Below the pieces are notes generated by a model. It did no database searches and had not been told where the DNA came from. It was given only the letters and a program-made list of their open reading frames with translations. A program made the translations under genes and the position numbers. This document shows, in pieces, positions 37,482 to 50,070 of a stretch of DNA of 64,000 nt. The DNA comes from a bacterium (GTDB taxonomy: Bacteria; RBG-13-61-14; DATKZS01). Location: assembly GCA_963674965.2 (NCBI GenBank), contig CAXXFL010000001.1, forward strand, positions 928,001-992,000. The letters are read 5' to 3'. Every line of letters starts with the position of its first letter. Position 1 is the stretch's first letter.

Positions 37482-39083
37482 CTAAAATGGATTCACCTTG
37501 CTGATGGCCTTGCCCATGGGGGCCGTCATCCTGGCCCTGGCTTCCCGGACGCCCTCCAGCTTCGCGTAGCGGTTGTATCCGCCCGGTACCATCGACACGC
37601 CGTCTGAGCCGACCGCAAAGGATACAAAGCCGGGAAACTTCTTCTCCGTTGCGTCCTCCACCCGGAAGAAATAGGGGTCGTCGGCAAAAACCTGCACCAG
37701 GCGCTTGGCCTTTTTGGGGCCCGACCAGGTACCGTAAAGGTTAAGCTCTCCGTCTATTACCTCGACCTTGTACCGGCCCACGTTATACATGTAAAGGCGG
37801 GTGTTGGTCTTGAAGTCCGGCTGCTCCGGGCCATACAAACCCTCGAGCTCGGGCCAGACGGATTTGTCCGGCGTGACCTCGGGAGGCGGCGTATCGTCGA
37901 TATCGAGGGTCATCTTGAGAATTCCATACCCGATGTCCCTGGGCGCGTAAGCCTCGCTGTTGGAAAAGACATACACGCCGACCCGCTCGTCCGGCTCGAA
38001 GAGCATGATCGAGGTAAAGCCGAAGGGAATGCTGCCCGAGTGTCCGAAAATCTTGTGGCCCCAGAGGTCGTTGCCGAAGACGCGGAACCCGAAGCCGTAG
38101 CCCGACTGCCTCTCGTCCATGGTCCACTGCATGGAGGTCATCATCTCGAGGGTCTCGGGCTTTATCACGCGGCCGTGTTTGTTGGCGCCTTTGCCGAGGA
38201 TGGCCGATACGTAAAGGGAGAACTCCTCGATGGTGGTGTAGATATTGCCCGCCGGCGTGATCCCCGTCACCTTGTGCTTGTCGACCTTATACTCGTTCTT
38301 CCTGAATTTGTAGCCCGTGGCCAGGTCCTCCATGATACGATCATTATGATGGAAAGACGCCCGGCCCATGCCCAGGGGAAGGAAAACGTGCTTCTCCATG
38401 TACTGGTGGAAAGGCTCGCCCGAGGCCCCCTCGATGGCAAGGCCCAGAAAGCCGTAGCCATAGTTGCAGTAGGCCCAGTTCACGCCCGGGTCGATCTTGG
38501 TTTTCATGCCCAGCCTGAGCCAGTACTCGAGGTCCCGATAGTCGTCTCCTTTTATAAAGGCCCCCTGCCGGGGCATGAAAATCTGCCTGTAAGAGAGGAA
38601 CTCGCCGCCGCCCGAGGTATGGGTTAGAAGGTGACGGATGGTAACGGGTTTCGATTCCGGATGTGGCGGAAATATGAGCGGCCGCGGAAAGTAGTCGTTG
38701 GCGTCGCGGTCGAGGTCTATCTTGCCCCTCTCCCAAAGCTGCATTATGCCGATGGCCGTAAAGGACTTGGACATGGACCCTATCCGGAAGATGGTCTTCT
38801 CATCCACCGGTTTCTCGCTCTCGATGTCCGCCCAGCCCACGTAACCCTCGTATATTAAGGTGTCGCCTTTTACAACTCCCACCCCGAGGCCCGGGCTGTG
38901 AAGCTCGGCCGATTTTTGGACCGCGAACTCGGTGATCCGGGCCGCCAGGTCCTCGTCCATGCCCTGGACAACGTGCCTGGACGGGACCTTTGCATCCGCG
39001 AAAACGGACGCCGGCGCCAAAACGAGGGCCATGGCCAAAATAAAAAGAGTGGCCGGTAATAGACTGAACTTCCCGTTTTTCAT
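37482..39083 (-). CDS. Secreted serine hydrolase, beta-lactamase class C/AmpC-like
   Basis: Signal peptide, FRIGSMSK (SxxK), LLTHTSG, YCN, GHSG. Confidence 0.88.
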   Translation of the reverse strand: MKNGKFSLLPATLFILAMALVLAPASVFADAKVPSRHVVQGMDEDLAARITEFAVQKSAELHSPGLGVGVVKGDTLIYEGYVGWADIESEKPVDEKTIFRIGSMSKSFTAIGIMQLWERGKIDLDRDANDYFPRPLIFPPHPESKPVTIRHLLTHTSGGGEFLSYRQIFMPRQGAFIKGDDYRDLEYWLRLGMKTKIDPGVNWAYCNYGYGFLGLAIEGASGEPFHQYMEKHVFLPLGMGRASFHHNDRIMEDLATGYKFRKNEYKVDKHKVTGITPAGNIYTTIEEFSLYVSAILGKGANKHGRVIKPETLEMMTSMQWTMDERQSGYGFGFRVFGNDLWGHKIFGHSGSIPFGFTSIMLFEPDERVGVYVFSNSEAYAPRDIGYGILKMTLDIDDTPPPEVTPDKSVWPELEGLYGPEQPDFKTNTRLYMYNVGRYKVEVIDGELNLYGTWSGPKKAKRLVQVFADDPYFFRVEDATEKKFPGFVSFAVGSDGVSMVPGGYNRYAKLEGVREARARMTAPMGKAISKVNPF

Positions 39084-39211
39084 GTTTTCCTCCACGCCGG
39101 GCCATAGGCCGGATGAAAATAACTTATTCCCCGCCTCCGCCTCTGTCAAACCTTCCCGCCTTCAAGGTATAATGGATGCATGACTAATCGTGAACATGGA
39201 GGGGGCGCCCG

Positions 39212-40426
39212 TTGAAGCTTCTGCTTATAGCCTGCGGCGTGATGTGGCGGGAGCTAAGCTACTTCGCGTCCATCTCTCCCCACTCGATCGACTATTGCTT
39301 CCTTCCCCAGGGACTCCACGTCGATCCCCGGGACCTCCGCCAAAAGGTACGGGCCGCCATATCCGAGGCCTCGGTAAAAGACTACGACGCGGTCCTGCTC
39401 GGCTACGGACTTTGCTCGGGCGGACTTTCAGGCGTCGAGGCGGGGAACATGAAGCTGGTCATACCCAAGGCCCATGACTGCATAACGCTTCTTCTCGGCG
39501 ACCGGGAAAAACACGCCCGGTTTACGTCGGAACGTCCCGAGGTTTACTGGTACAGTCCCGGCTGGATCGAGACCGGGACCCAGCCCGGTCTTGAGCGCCT
39601 CGAGAAGGCCCGCGCCTTTTACGAGGAAAAGTACGGCAAGGAAAACGGCCAGTACCTGATGGAGACCATGGAGAGCTGGATCGTCAACTACAAGACCGCC
39701 GCCTACGTCGATCTGGGCGTGGGCGAGCGGGAATCCGATATCGAGTTCACCAAAAAATGCGCCCTCGAGCTGGGCTGGTCTTTCCTGCGGGTACAGGGCG
39801 ATCCATCCCTCGTCCGGGACCTGGTCAACGGCGACTGGGATGAGCAAAGGTTTCTTGTCGTCGAGCCGGGCCGAGCCATCTTCGAGTCCTATGACTCGTC
39901 GATACTCAAGTCCCGTTCTTACTCTCCACCGGGGAACAAAAAAGAGGGTACGCTGAAGAGTGACCCGATCACACCCGACGACGAGCGTTTCATGAGGGAG
40001 GCGATCGCCGAGGCGAAAAAGGCGGGAGACAAGGGCGAGGTACCGATCGGCGCGGTGATCGTAAGCGGCCCGGATATTGTCGGGAGAGGACATAACCTGC
40101 GCGAGACCGAAAACGATCCCACGGCCCACGCCGAGATAGTGGCCCTTAAAAAAGCGGCGGAAAGGCTGCAAAGCTGGCGCGTATCTCCCGCCGCCTGCTA
40201 CGTCACGGCCGAGCCCTGTCCCATGTGCGCCGGGGCCCTGGTCAACGCCCGGGTGGACCGCCTGGTCTACGGATGCCCGGACCCCAAGGCCGGCGCCTGC
40301 GAGACCTTGTACCGCATACCACATGACCCCCGGCTGAACCATAAAATGGAAGTGGTCTCGGGAGCGCTGGGGGAGGAATGCGCCTTGCTGCTTCGAGATT
40401 TCTTTAAAAAACTTCGCCAAGACTGA
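39212..40426 (+). CDS. tadA: DUF1638 domain fused to tRNA adenosine(34) deaminase TadA
   Basis: N-terminal IACGV, GLH..P, LLGYGLC, HDCITLLLG (DUF1638); C-terminal GEVPIGAV, DPTAHAE, EPCPMCAGA, DPKAGA. Confidence 0.85.
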   Translation: MKLLLIACGVMWRELSYFASISPHSIDYCFLPQGLHVDPRDLRQKVRAAISEASVKDYDAVLLGYGLCSGGLSGVEAGNMKLVIPKAHDCITLLLGDREKHARFTSERPEVYWYSPGWIETGTQPGLERLEKARAFYEEKYGKENGQYLMETMESWIVNYKTAAYVDLGVGERESDIEFTKKCALELGWSFLRVQGDPSLVRDLVNGDWDEQRFLVVEPGRAIFESYDSSILKSRSYSPPGNKKEGTLKSDPITPDDERFMREAIAEAKKAGDKGEVPIGAVIVSGPDIVGRGHNLRETENDPTAHAEIVALKKAAERLQSWRVSPAACYVTAEPCPMCAGALVNARVDRLVYGCPDPKAGACETLYRIPHDPRLNHKMEVVSGALGEECALLLRDFFKKLRQD

Positions 40427-40531
40427 ACGTACATAAAGAAGCGCCGCCGCCCGGGTCCAAAGACTTGCGCCTTCCGGTAAAACCTGTAAAATCAATCATG
40501 AGCAAGGCGCTCGCGAGAGCGTCTTTTGTTT

Positions 40532-40623
40532 GGAGAGGTGGCCGAGTCCGGTTTAAGGCGGCAGACTCGAAATCTGTTGTACCGCTTGCGGTACCGGGGG
40601 TTCGAATCCCTCCCTCTCCGCCA
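40532..40623 (+). tRNA. tRNA-Ser (anticodon CGA)
   Basis: GGAGAGG acceptor stem, GCAGA-CTCGAAA-TCTGT anticodon arm, long variable arm, GTTCGAATCC, CCA end. Confidence 0.97.
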
Positions 40624-40752
40624 GATACCAGCGCCGGCAAAAGACCGGCTTTTCATCACGCGGCCCGCCTTGAATTGAACCGGTCCTCGTGTTTTAATAT
40701 TTTTTAGGGGGCGGTTTAATGCCGCCCTCTTTGATCCACCGCGGATCAGAGC

Positions 40753-40851
<99 letters not shown>

Positions 40852-40897
40852 TTTTGACGGCAATATAAAGAGTATGTCGTCCGGTTGAAACCGTGAC

Positions 40898-41029
40898 GAC
40901 GCGCGTCCCGGCGATAGTCGGGTCCCGCACAACCGCGACCCGCGAACTCCGCCAGGCCCGAGAGGGAGCAACGGTAGTGGGACTCGAGGTGTGATGCGGG
41001 TTAGCCCGGCTATCACCGGGGAGCGCGTC
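40898..41029 (+). ncRNA. ffs: Signal recognition particle RNA
   Basis: Domain IV GCCAGGCCC-GAGA-GGGAGCAACGG inside a long hairpin; canonical position upstream of dnaX. Confidence 0.9.
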
Positions 41030-41132
41030 TTCCAAGGAAGGCCGCGTCCCGCCATGTTCACGCTCCACTTGCTTCTTGTGATATAATCCGCACCGGCGCT
41101 GGGCGCCCGATTTCGATCGGCGAGGAGAATCA

Positions 41133-42809
41133 TTGTCCTATCTGGTACTGGCAAGGAAATGTCGCCCCCAGACTTTTGACGAGATACTGGGACAGGAAGC
41201 GGTCGTCAAGACCATCAAGAACGCCATCGGCCAGGACAGGCTGGCCCACGCCTTCTTATTCAGCGGACCCAGAGGGGTGGGCAAGACCAGCCTGGCCCGG
41301 GTCCTGGCCAAGGCCCTTAACTGCATGTCCTTTGACGGGCCCACCACCACGCCCTGCGGGACTTGCTCGGCCTGCCGGGACATAGCCGCCGGAAGCTCGG
41401 TCGACGTCCTCGAGATAGACGGGGCCTCGAACCGGGGCATCGACAATATTCGCGAGCTTCGCGAGACCGTGCGCTACCTGCCCGCCTCCTACCGGACCAA
41501 GGTGTACATCATAGACGAGGTCCACATGCTCACCACCGAGTCCTTTAACGCGCTGCTCAAGACCCTCGAGGAGCCGCCGTCCCACGTGGTGTTCATGTTC
41601 GCCACCACCGAGCCGCACAAGGTGCCGGCCACAATCCTCTCCCGCTGTCAGAGGTATGACTTCCACCGGGTGGGCATGTCCGTGCTGGTGGACAACCTCC
41701 GCTCCATTTGCGAGCGCGAGGGCATCGAGCTTCCGGAGGGGGCCCTTCGCGTCATCGCCCGCGAGGCGGAGGGCGGAGTGCGCGATTCCCTTTCTCTTCT
41801 GGACCAGGTGGCCGGGTTCGGGGCCAAGGGCCTCACCGAGGAGGACGTGCTCAAGATACTGGGCGTGGTCGACCGGACCCTTGTAGCGGGGCTGGCCCGC
41901 GCCACGCTCGGCCGGGACCCCGCGTCCGTCATCGAGCTTCTGGCCTCGTCGGGCGACTCCGGACGCGACGCCAAGCGCCTGGCCCGGGAGATGCTGCGGT
42001 TCTTCAGGAACCTGGTGGTGGTCAAGCTGACCCGTGACCCGGAGCGGCTGATAGACGCCTCGGACCAGGAACTCGAGGACATGAGGTCCCTGGCCGAGGA
42101 ACACTCGATCGAGACGGTCGAGCGCCTCTTCGACCGGCTGGCCAGGTTTGAGGACGAGGTATCGAGCGCGGGATCGCCGGGCCTCTTGCTCGAGATGACC
42201 CTGGTGAAGATGGCGACCCTTCCTCCCCTGGCGCCGCTGGCCGATCTCATCGCAAGGCTCGAGGAAATCGAGACGGAAATAAAAAGCGGCTCCTTTTCCG
42301 GCGGAGGCGGGACGGGCGGAGGAACGTCCGGACAAAGAGAACCGGAGTGCGCGGGAAACGACGCCAAGGAACCACTCTTCGAGGGCGGCCGTCTTTGTGA
42401 AGACCATCCGGAGAAAGAGGAGGCCAGGGAGGACGACGCCGAGAGATGGGCCGACTTCCTCGACCACGTCCGCAAGCGGGAGCCCAAGCTTTACGCCTTC
42501 CTCCAGGCGGGGTCCTTCTCGGGCCGCTCGGGAAGGGAGTGGCGGCTGGTGTTTGCTCCCGGCAGCCCGGCCATGGAGAGACTAAAAGGAGAGAGGAACT
42601 CCAAGCGGCTGATGGAACTCGTGGTCGAGAGCCTGGGAAACTCGAACCGCCTCATAGTCAACGAGGACCAGGGACTTGCGTCGCCCTCCTCCAGCCATTC
42701 GAAAAGATGGGACGAGGACGAGCGGAGAAAAGAGGCCATCGACGACCCCGTGGTCAAGGCCTTGATGGAAAAACTCTCCGGCGACCTCGAGGAAGTGAAA
42801 CTTAAATAA
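41133..42809 (+). CDS. dnaX: DNA polymerase III subunit gamma/tau
   Basis: YLVLARKCRPQTF, GPRGVGKT, Zn-binding Cys, EIDGASNRG, IIDEVHML, SRC. Confidence 0.97.
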   Translation: MSYLVLARKCRPQTFDEILGQEAVVKTIKNAIGQDRLAHAFLFSGPRGVGKTSLARVLAKALNCMSFDGPTTTPCGTCSACRDIAAGSSVDVLEIDGASNRGIDNIRELRETVRYLPASYRTKVYIIDEVHMLTTESFNALLKTLEEPPSHVVFMFATTEPHKVPATILSRCQRYDFHRVGMSVLVDNLRSICEREGIELPEGALRVIAREAEGGVRDSLSLLDQVAGFGAKGLTEEDVLKILGVVDRTLVAGLARATLGRDPASVIELLASSGDSGRDAKRLAREMLRFFRNLVVVKLTRDPERLIDASDQELEDMRSLAEEHSIETVERLFDRLARFEDEVSSAGSPGLLLEMTLVKMATLPPLAPLADLIARLEEIETEIKSGSFSGGGGTGGGTSGQREPECAGNDAKEPLFEGGRLCEDHPEKEEAREDDAERWADFLDHVRKREPKLYAFLQAGSFSGRSGREWRLVFAPGSPAMERLKGERNSKRLMELVVESLGNSNRLIVNEDQGLASPSSSHSKRWDEDERRKEAIDDPVVKALMEKLSGDLEEVKLK

Positions 42810-42841
42810 CGCCTTTTAAAGGCCTGGCCCAGGGAGACGTC

Positions 42842-43183
42842 ATGCCCGATTTTCCTTTCGACCTAAGTAAGCTCAACCTTTCATCCATCATGGATATGGC
42901 CAACGACCTCAAAGATAAAATGGCCCAGATGGAGAACTCCCTTGCCGGCGTTGTGGTCGAGTCGGTGGTGGGAGGGGGCATGGTCAAGGTGTCGGCCAAC
43001 GGAAAGGGCGAGATAGTAAGGGTGTCCATCGAGGACGAACTGGTGGCCATGCACGACAGGGAAATGCTCGAGAGCCTCGTTCTTTCCTGCGCGAACAAGG
43101 CCCTGGCCGAGGCCAAAAAGCGGCGGGAAGAGGAGATGAAAAAACTGACCGGCGGTTTGGGGGTCCCTGGATGGCTGGCCTGA
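42842..43183 (+). CDS. ybaB: YbaB/EbfC nucleoid-associated protein
   Basis: GGGMVKVSANG, DREMLESLV; dnaX-ybaB-recR synteny. Confidence 0.92.
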   Translation: MPDFPFDLSKLNLSSIMDMANDLKDKMAQMENSLAGVVVESVVGGGMVKVSANGKGEIVRVSIEDELVAMHDREMLESLVLSCANKALAEAKKRREEEMKKLTGGLGVPGWLA

Positions 43184-43785
43184 CCGACGACCCGGTCCAG
43201 GAACTGGTCCGGCTTTTGGCGCGCCTTCCGGGTATTGGCGAGAAATCGGGCGCTCGTCTGGCCTATTTTATCGTCAACCATCGCTCGAGGTATCCCGAGG
43301 ACCTGGCCCGAGCCATCCTCGAGGTCCGGGACAGGGTCAAGCCCTGTTTGGTCTGCGGGTATCCGGACTCACGCGAGCCTTGCCGCTACTGCGCGGATGA
43401 CGAAAGGGACCGCTCGATCATTATGGTGGTCGAGGAGCCCACCGACCTTGACGCGATGGAAAAAGCCATGGTTTACCGGGGTCTTTATCACGTCCTGGGC
43501 GGGACCATCTCTCCCCTCGCGGGCAAGGGCCCCGAGCAGATTAACGCGGCTTCCCTGTTGTCTCGCCTTGCTAAAGAAGACATTAAAGAGGTCATCATCG
43601 CCACCAACCCCTCGGTGGAAGGCGACGCCACGGCGGCGTGGCTCGAGGAGGGCCTGGCCAGGATTAATAATCCACCCATGGTAACCCGGCCGGCAAGGGG
43701 CGTACCCGTGGGGTCCGAGCTAAAATACATGGACCCTCAATCCCTGGGCCACGCGCTTCGAGGAAGACGAAAAGAAGAGTCCTGA
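43171..43785 (+). CDS. recR: Recombination mediator RecR
   Basis: LPGIGEKSG.RLA, C4 zinc finger, YHVLGG.ISP, EVIIATNPSVEGDATA. Confidence 0.96.
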   Translation: MAGLTDDPVQELVRLLARLPGIGEKSGARLAYFIVNHRSRYPEDLARAILEVRDRVKPCLVCGYPDSREPCRYCADDERDRSIIMVVEEPTDLDAMEKAMVYRGLYHVLGGTISPLAGKGPEQINAASLLSRLAKEDIKEVIIATNPSVEGDATAAWLEEGLARINNPPMVTRPARGVPVGSELKYMDPQSLGHALRGRRKEES

Positions 43786-43843
43786 TATCTACGGTCCCTA
43801 ATAACCATCAGTAAAACCCGAGGGACGCGGAAGACTCGTCAAC

Positions 43844-44305
43844 ATGAAAGAAAAAATCAAAATCCTTTTCCTTTGCACGGGCAACTCCTGCAGGTCGCAG
43901 ATGGCCGAGGGCTGGTCCAAGGCGCTACGGTCTGACGATATCCTGGCCTGGTCCGCCGGCGTGAAGACCAAGCCGGTCGATCCTCGAGCGGTAAAGGCCA
44001 TGGCCGAGGCGGGAGTGGATATCTCGGGCCAAGCATCCAAGGACGTTAAGGAATTGATGTACATTGACTTCGACTATGTCATCACCCTCTGCGGCCATGC
44101 CCACGAGACCTGCCCGATCTTTCCCGGCAAGGCCCGGGTCGTCCACAACGGTTTCGACGATCCCCCGCTCCTGGCCAGAAACGCCGAATCCGAGGATGAA
44201 GCCATGGATCATTACCGAAGGGTTCGAGATGAAATCCGCAAATTTGTGCTCGGGCTGACGGAAAATCTTAATGACGAGGGCATGGAATTCAAGCTCGATT
44301 TATAG
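43844..44305 (+). CDS. arsC: Thioredoxin-type arsenate reductase (LMW-PTP fold)
   Basis: CTGNSCRSQMAEG, TLC......CP, FDDP, RRVRDEI. Confidence 0.88.
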   Translation: MKEKIKILFLCTGNSCRSQMAEGWSKALRSDDILAWSAGVKTKPVDPRAVKAMAEAGVDISGQASKDVKELMYIDFDYVITLCGHAHETCPIFPGKARVVHNGFDDPPLLARNAESEDEAMDHYRRVRDEIRKFVLGLTENLNDEGMEFKLDL

Positions 44306-44418
44306 TCGCGACCAGTAAAGCTTTATATTTTAGTTCCTTAGCCTTCGTCCTCTTTATATGTGCCGCCGCCGGGATCGGTCTTATAAAAAAGAGAGGGTTT
44401 TTCGCGGGGTAAAATGGA

Positions 44419-44447
44419 TTGACAAAAGGGGAAGCTTGGGTTATCAT
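44419..44447 (+). promoter_or_regulatory. sigma70 promoter of rplU-rpmA
   Basis: TTGACA-17 nt-TATCAT. Confidence 0.7.
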
Positions 44448-44529
44448 TCATAAATCATTGGAACCCGTCTTTAGGCTCCGAGGATTGCCCCGGAGCTTGA
44501 TTTCGTGGTCAAGGGTCTAAGGGGAAAAA

Positions 44530-44958
44530 ATGTTTGCTGTAATAAAAACCGGCGGAAAGCAGTACCGGGTATGTCCCGGTGACAAGATAAAGGTCGAGAA
44601 ACTTGGCGTCAGGGCCGGCGGCAAGGTGGTTTTTGACGAGGTCCTTATGGTCGGAGGCGGCGACGTTGCGGTCGGCTGTCCCACCGTGGAGGGCGCGGCG
44701 GTCAAGGCCACGGCGATCAAGCACGGTCTGGGCAACAAGATAATCGTCTACAAGTTCAAGCGTCGCAAAGGTTATCACAAGAAGCAGGGTCACCGGCAGG
44801 ACTACACGCTGGTCGAGATTCTTGACGTTCTGACCGACGCCAATGAAGTGAAGAAAGCGATCGAGGAACGCGACGCCGACGCGGCCTCGGCCCCCGCGGA
44901 AGAGGCCGTGGCCGACTCCCAGGCCGAGGACTCGGCTTCCGGCTCCGAGGAGGAATAA
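44530..44958 (+). CDS. rplU: 50S ribosomal protein L21 with acidic C-terminal extension
   Basis: [31 protein letters not shown]. Confidence 0.97.
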   Translation: MFAVIKTGGKQYRVCPGDKIKVEKLGVRAGGKVVFDEVLMVGGGDVAVGCPTVEGAAVKATAIKHGLGNKIIVYKFKRRKGYHKKQGHRQDYTLVEILDVLTDANEVKKAIEERDADAASAPAEEAVADSQAEDSASGSEEE

Positions 44959-44959
44959 A

Positions 44960-45223
44960 ATGGCGCATAAAAAATCCGGTGGAAGCTCGAGGAACGGCAG
45001 GGACAGCGCCGGCCAGAGGCGGGGCATCAAGAAGTTCGGCGGCCAGAGGGTCATTGCCGGCAATATATTGATCCGCCAGTTGGGCACGAAGATACTGCCC
45101 GGCAGGAACGTGGGCCTGGGCAGGGACTACACCATCTTCGCCAAGATCGACGGAACGGTCAGCTACGAGAGAGTCGGGAAAAACCGCACCCGCGTAAGCG
45201 TGGTCCCGGAGAACCCGGCCTGA
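44960..45223 (+). CDS. rpmA: 50S ribosomal protein L27
   Basis: [20 protein letters not shown]-type motif [13 protein letters not shown]. Confidence 0.98.
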   Translation: MAHKKSGGSSRNGRDSAGQRRGIKKFGGQRVIAGNILIRQLGTKILPGRNVGLGRDYTIFAKIDGTVSYERVGKNRTRVSVVPENPA

Positions 45224-45245
45224 ATACATAATAAGACCGCGCCTA

Positions 45246-45273
45246 AGGCCCCGCTCCTAGGCGGGGCTTTTTT
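45246..45273 (+). terminator. Intrinsic terminator after rpmA
   Basis: GCCCCGC-TCCTAG-GCGGGGC followed by TTTTTT. Confidence 0.8.
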
Positions 45274-45311
45274 AGTATTATGGCCCCCCCCTCTCGGGGC
45301 CGGCGCGTTAA

Positions 45312-47551
<2,240 letters not shown>

Positions 47552-47649
47552 GGGCCCGCTTTCTTTACTCGATTATGGCGATCGGGTATCCTATACCGGC
47601 CTCGGGCGGGAAGCGGCTCGAGGGCAAGCGCCCAAAACGGAGGAATGTG

Positions 47650-48909
47650 ATGGAACTGAGAGAGGAAATCGTACAAATCGCGGCCAAGGCCAAAAAGGCC
47701 TCGCGCGATTTGTCCAGCCTGGGCTCGAGCGCCAAGGACGGGGCCCTCGAGTCGATCGCCGGGGCCCTGGTGGACGAGGCCGACAGGATCAAGACCGCGA
47801 ACGACAAGGACCTCGAGGCGGCCGAGAAGAACGGACTCTCCGCCGCCATGATCGACCGGCTTCGGCTCACGCCCGAGCGCGTAAAGGCCATGGCCGACGG
47901 CCTTCTCGAGATCGTGGCCCTGCCCGACCCGGTGGGCGAGGTCACCCGCATGTGGACCCGGCCCAACGGGCTCAGGATAGGAAGGATGAGGATACCACTC
48001 GGGGTGATCGGCATTATCTTCGAGAGCAGGCCCAACGTGACGGTCGACGCCGCCGGGCTCTGTCTCAAGTCGGGCAACGCGGTCATTTTGCGGGGAGGGT
48101 CGGAGGCCATCAACTCGAACAAGGTCCTGGGCGACATTATGATCGAGAAGGCCACCGCCGCCGGCGTGCCGGAGGGCGCCGTCCAGGTCATTCCCACCAC
48201 CGACCGGGCCGCCGTGGACTTCCTGCTCGAGCAGGAGGACTATATCGACGTGATCATACCCAGGGGCGGAGAAGCCCTGATAAGAAAAGTGGTCGAGCGG
48301 TCCCGCATACCCGTGCTCAAGCATTACAAGGGCGTTTGCCACGTTTACGTGGACGCCGACGCCAATCCGAAGAAGGCCCGCGAGATATGCATGAACGCCA
48401 AGCTGCAGCGGACCGGCGTTTGCAACGCCATGGAGACCATGCTGGTCCACGTGGGCATAGCCGAGGATTTTCTGGCCATGATCGTGCCGGCCATGCTCGA
48501 GCAAGGGGTCGAGCTTCGGGGATGCGAGATAACGCGCGACTTCCAGCCCCAGGTCAAGCCGGCGGTGGAGGATGACTGGAGCGCCGAGTATCTGGACAAG
48601 ATTCTCGCGGTGCGGGTGGTCGAGGACCTGGACATGGCCATCGATCACATCAGGAGGTACGGCTCGGACCACACCGACGCGATAGTGACGGAGAACTACA
48701 CGATCGCCCAGCGCTTCATCCGGGAGGTCGACTCGAGCTCGGTCATGGTCAACGCCAGCACCAGGTTCTCCGACGGCTTTCAGTATGGGCTGGGGGCCGA
48801 GATAGGGATCAGCACCACCAGGCTGCACGCCTACGGTCCCATGGGTCTCGAGGAATTGACCACCACCAAGTTCATCGTCCACGGCGACGGCCAGATACGA
48901 GAGTCCTGA
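47650..48909 (+). CDS. proA: Gamma-glutamyl phosphate reductase
   Basis: [39 protein letters not shown]. Confidence 0.97.
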   Translation: MELREEIVQIAAKAKKASRDLSSLGSSAKDGALESIAGALVDEADRIKTANDKDLEAAEKNGLSAAMIDRLRLTPERVKAMADGLLEIVALPDPVGEVTRMWTRPNGLRIGRMRIPLGVIGIIFESRPNVTVDAAGLCLKSGNAVILRGGSEAINSNKVLGDIMIEKATAAGVPEGAVQVIPTTDRAAVDFLLEQEDYIDVIIPRGGEALIRKVVERSRIPVLKHYKGVCHVYVDADANPKKAREICMNAKLQRTGVCNAMETMLVHVGIAEDFLAMIVPAMLEQGVELRGCEITRDFQPQVKPAVEDDWSAEYLDKILAVRVVEDLDMAIDHIRRYGSDHTDAIVTENYTIAQRFIREVDSSSVMVNASTRFSDGFQYGLGAEIGISTTRLHAYGPMGLEELTTTKFIVHGDGQIRES

Positions 48910-48919
48910 CGGAGGCCTC

Positions 48920-49561
48920 GTGTACGTGGGCATATACGGGGGAACGTTCAATCCCATTCACCTTGGCCATTTAAGGGCCGCCGAGGAGATTCGGGAAAAG
49001 TTCAAGATGAAGAAGGTGGTCTTCGTTCCGTCCTTCATTCCCCCGCACAAGGACAACGCCGAGGTGGTCGATCCCATGCACCGATTGAAAATGGCCGGCC
49101 TGGCGGTTACGGGTAACCCCTTTTTCTCGATCTCCGAGGTCGAGCTTCAAAGAAGGGGAAAGTCCTATTCCATCGACACCATAAGGCAGTTAAAGGACCA
49201 ACTGGGGGACGACGAGTTGGCTTTCATCATGGGGATGGACGCCTTCCTCGAGATCGAGACCTGGTATAAGTACAAGGAAATTTTCGCGGAGTGCGACTTT
49301 ATCGTAACCTCCCGCCCCGACTCGCCCGCCGCGTCCCCGGCCAAGGCCATTCCCGAGGCCGTCAAGGGCGACTTTAAAAAGAAGACGGGGGCGAATGAGT
49401 TCACTCACGTTTCGGGCAGGAGACTGGTTTTCACGGAGGTATCGAGGCTCCAGATATCGGCCACCGCCATCAGGCGGGCCGTCCGCTCCGGCGAGTCGAT
49501 AAGATATCTGTTGCCCATCCGGGTGATGGAGTACATAGGAGAACATGGGCTTTATAAATGA
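48920..49561 (+). CDS. nadD: Nicotinate-nucleotide adenylyltransferase
   Basis: GGTFNPIHLGHL, PPHK, SYSIDT, ISATAIR. Confidence 0.95.
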   Translation: MYVGIYGGTFNPIHLGHLRAAEEIREKFKMKKVVFVPSFIPPHKDNAEVVDPMHRLKMAGLAVTGNPFFSISEVELQRRGKSYSIDTIRQLKDQLGDDELAFIMGMDAFLEIETWYKYKEIFAECDFIVTSRPDSPAASPAKAIPEAVKGDFKKKTGANEFTHVSGRRLVFTEVSRLQISATAIRRAVRSGESIRYLLPIRVMEYIGEHGLYK

Positions 49562-49576
49562 AGCCCGGCAAAGAGC

Positions 49577-49984
49577 ATGAAAAGAAAAGCGGGATCGAGA
49601 AAAGCCAAGGCAAAGGGACCGTCGGCCAGGAAGCTGGCCGAGGCCGTCGCGAACGCGGCCGCGGACATGAAGGGGGAGGACATAGTCCTGATGGAGGTGG
49701 CCGAGCTGGTCGGCTACGCGGACTACTTCATCCTGGCCTCGGGAAGAAGCACCAGGCACGCCCAGTCCATCGCCGAGAACGTGCAGCGGGAGGTCATGAA
49801 CGCCGGATCGGCCATCTTGGGCGTCGAGGGAGACAGGGAAGGAAACTGGATTCTGATCGACGCCGGCGACGTGGTCGCCCACGTCTTCTATCATCCCGTC
49901 CGTCTCTTCTACGAGATTGAAAAAATCTGGAGCGACGCTCGAATCGAGCCGTGGCCGGCGGAAGATGAGGGCCGTCCCAAGTGA
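49577..49984 (+). CDS. rsfS: Ribosome silencing factor RsfS (Iojap)
   Basis: KGEDI, DYFILASG, WILIDAGDVVAHVF, R.FYEIEKIW. Confidence 0.95.
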   Translation: MKRKAGSRKAKAKGPSARKLAEAVANAAADMKGEDIVLMEVAELVGYADYFILASGRSTRHAQSIAENVQREVMNAGSAILGVEGDREGNWILIDAGDVVAHVFYHPVRLFYEIEKIWSDARIEPWPAEDEGRPK

Positions 49985-50029
49985 ACAAAATAAAAAGGTA
50001 GCGGTCTTAGTAATAGTCCAGTTAAGTCC

Positions 50030-50055
50030 GGTCGGCCAATAGGGCCGGCCTTTTT
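50030..50055 (+). terminator. Intrinsic terminator after rsfS
   Basis: GGTCGGCC-AATAG-GGCCGGCC-TTTTT. Confidence 0.65.
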
Positions 50056-50070
50056 AAGGAGGAGAGGAAA

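Noticed and set aside
42270..42330. Possible dnaX programmed -1 frameshift (A-run ATAAAAAGC before a G-rich stretch)
   Set aside because: It is not the A AAA AAG slippery heptamer and no convincing stimulatory hairpin follows.
43844..44305. arsC as part of an arsenic-resistance island
   Set aside because: It is a solitary gene with no arsR, arsB or acr3 nearby and no mobility signs.
44840..44958. Acidic Ala-rich tail on L21
   Set aside because: Low-complexity C-terminal extensions on L21 are common.
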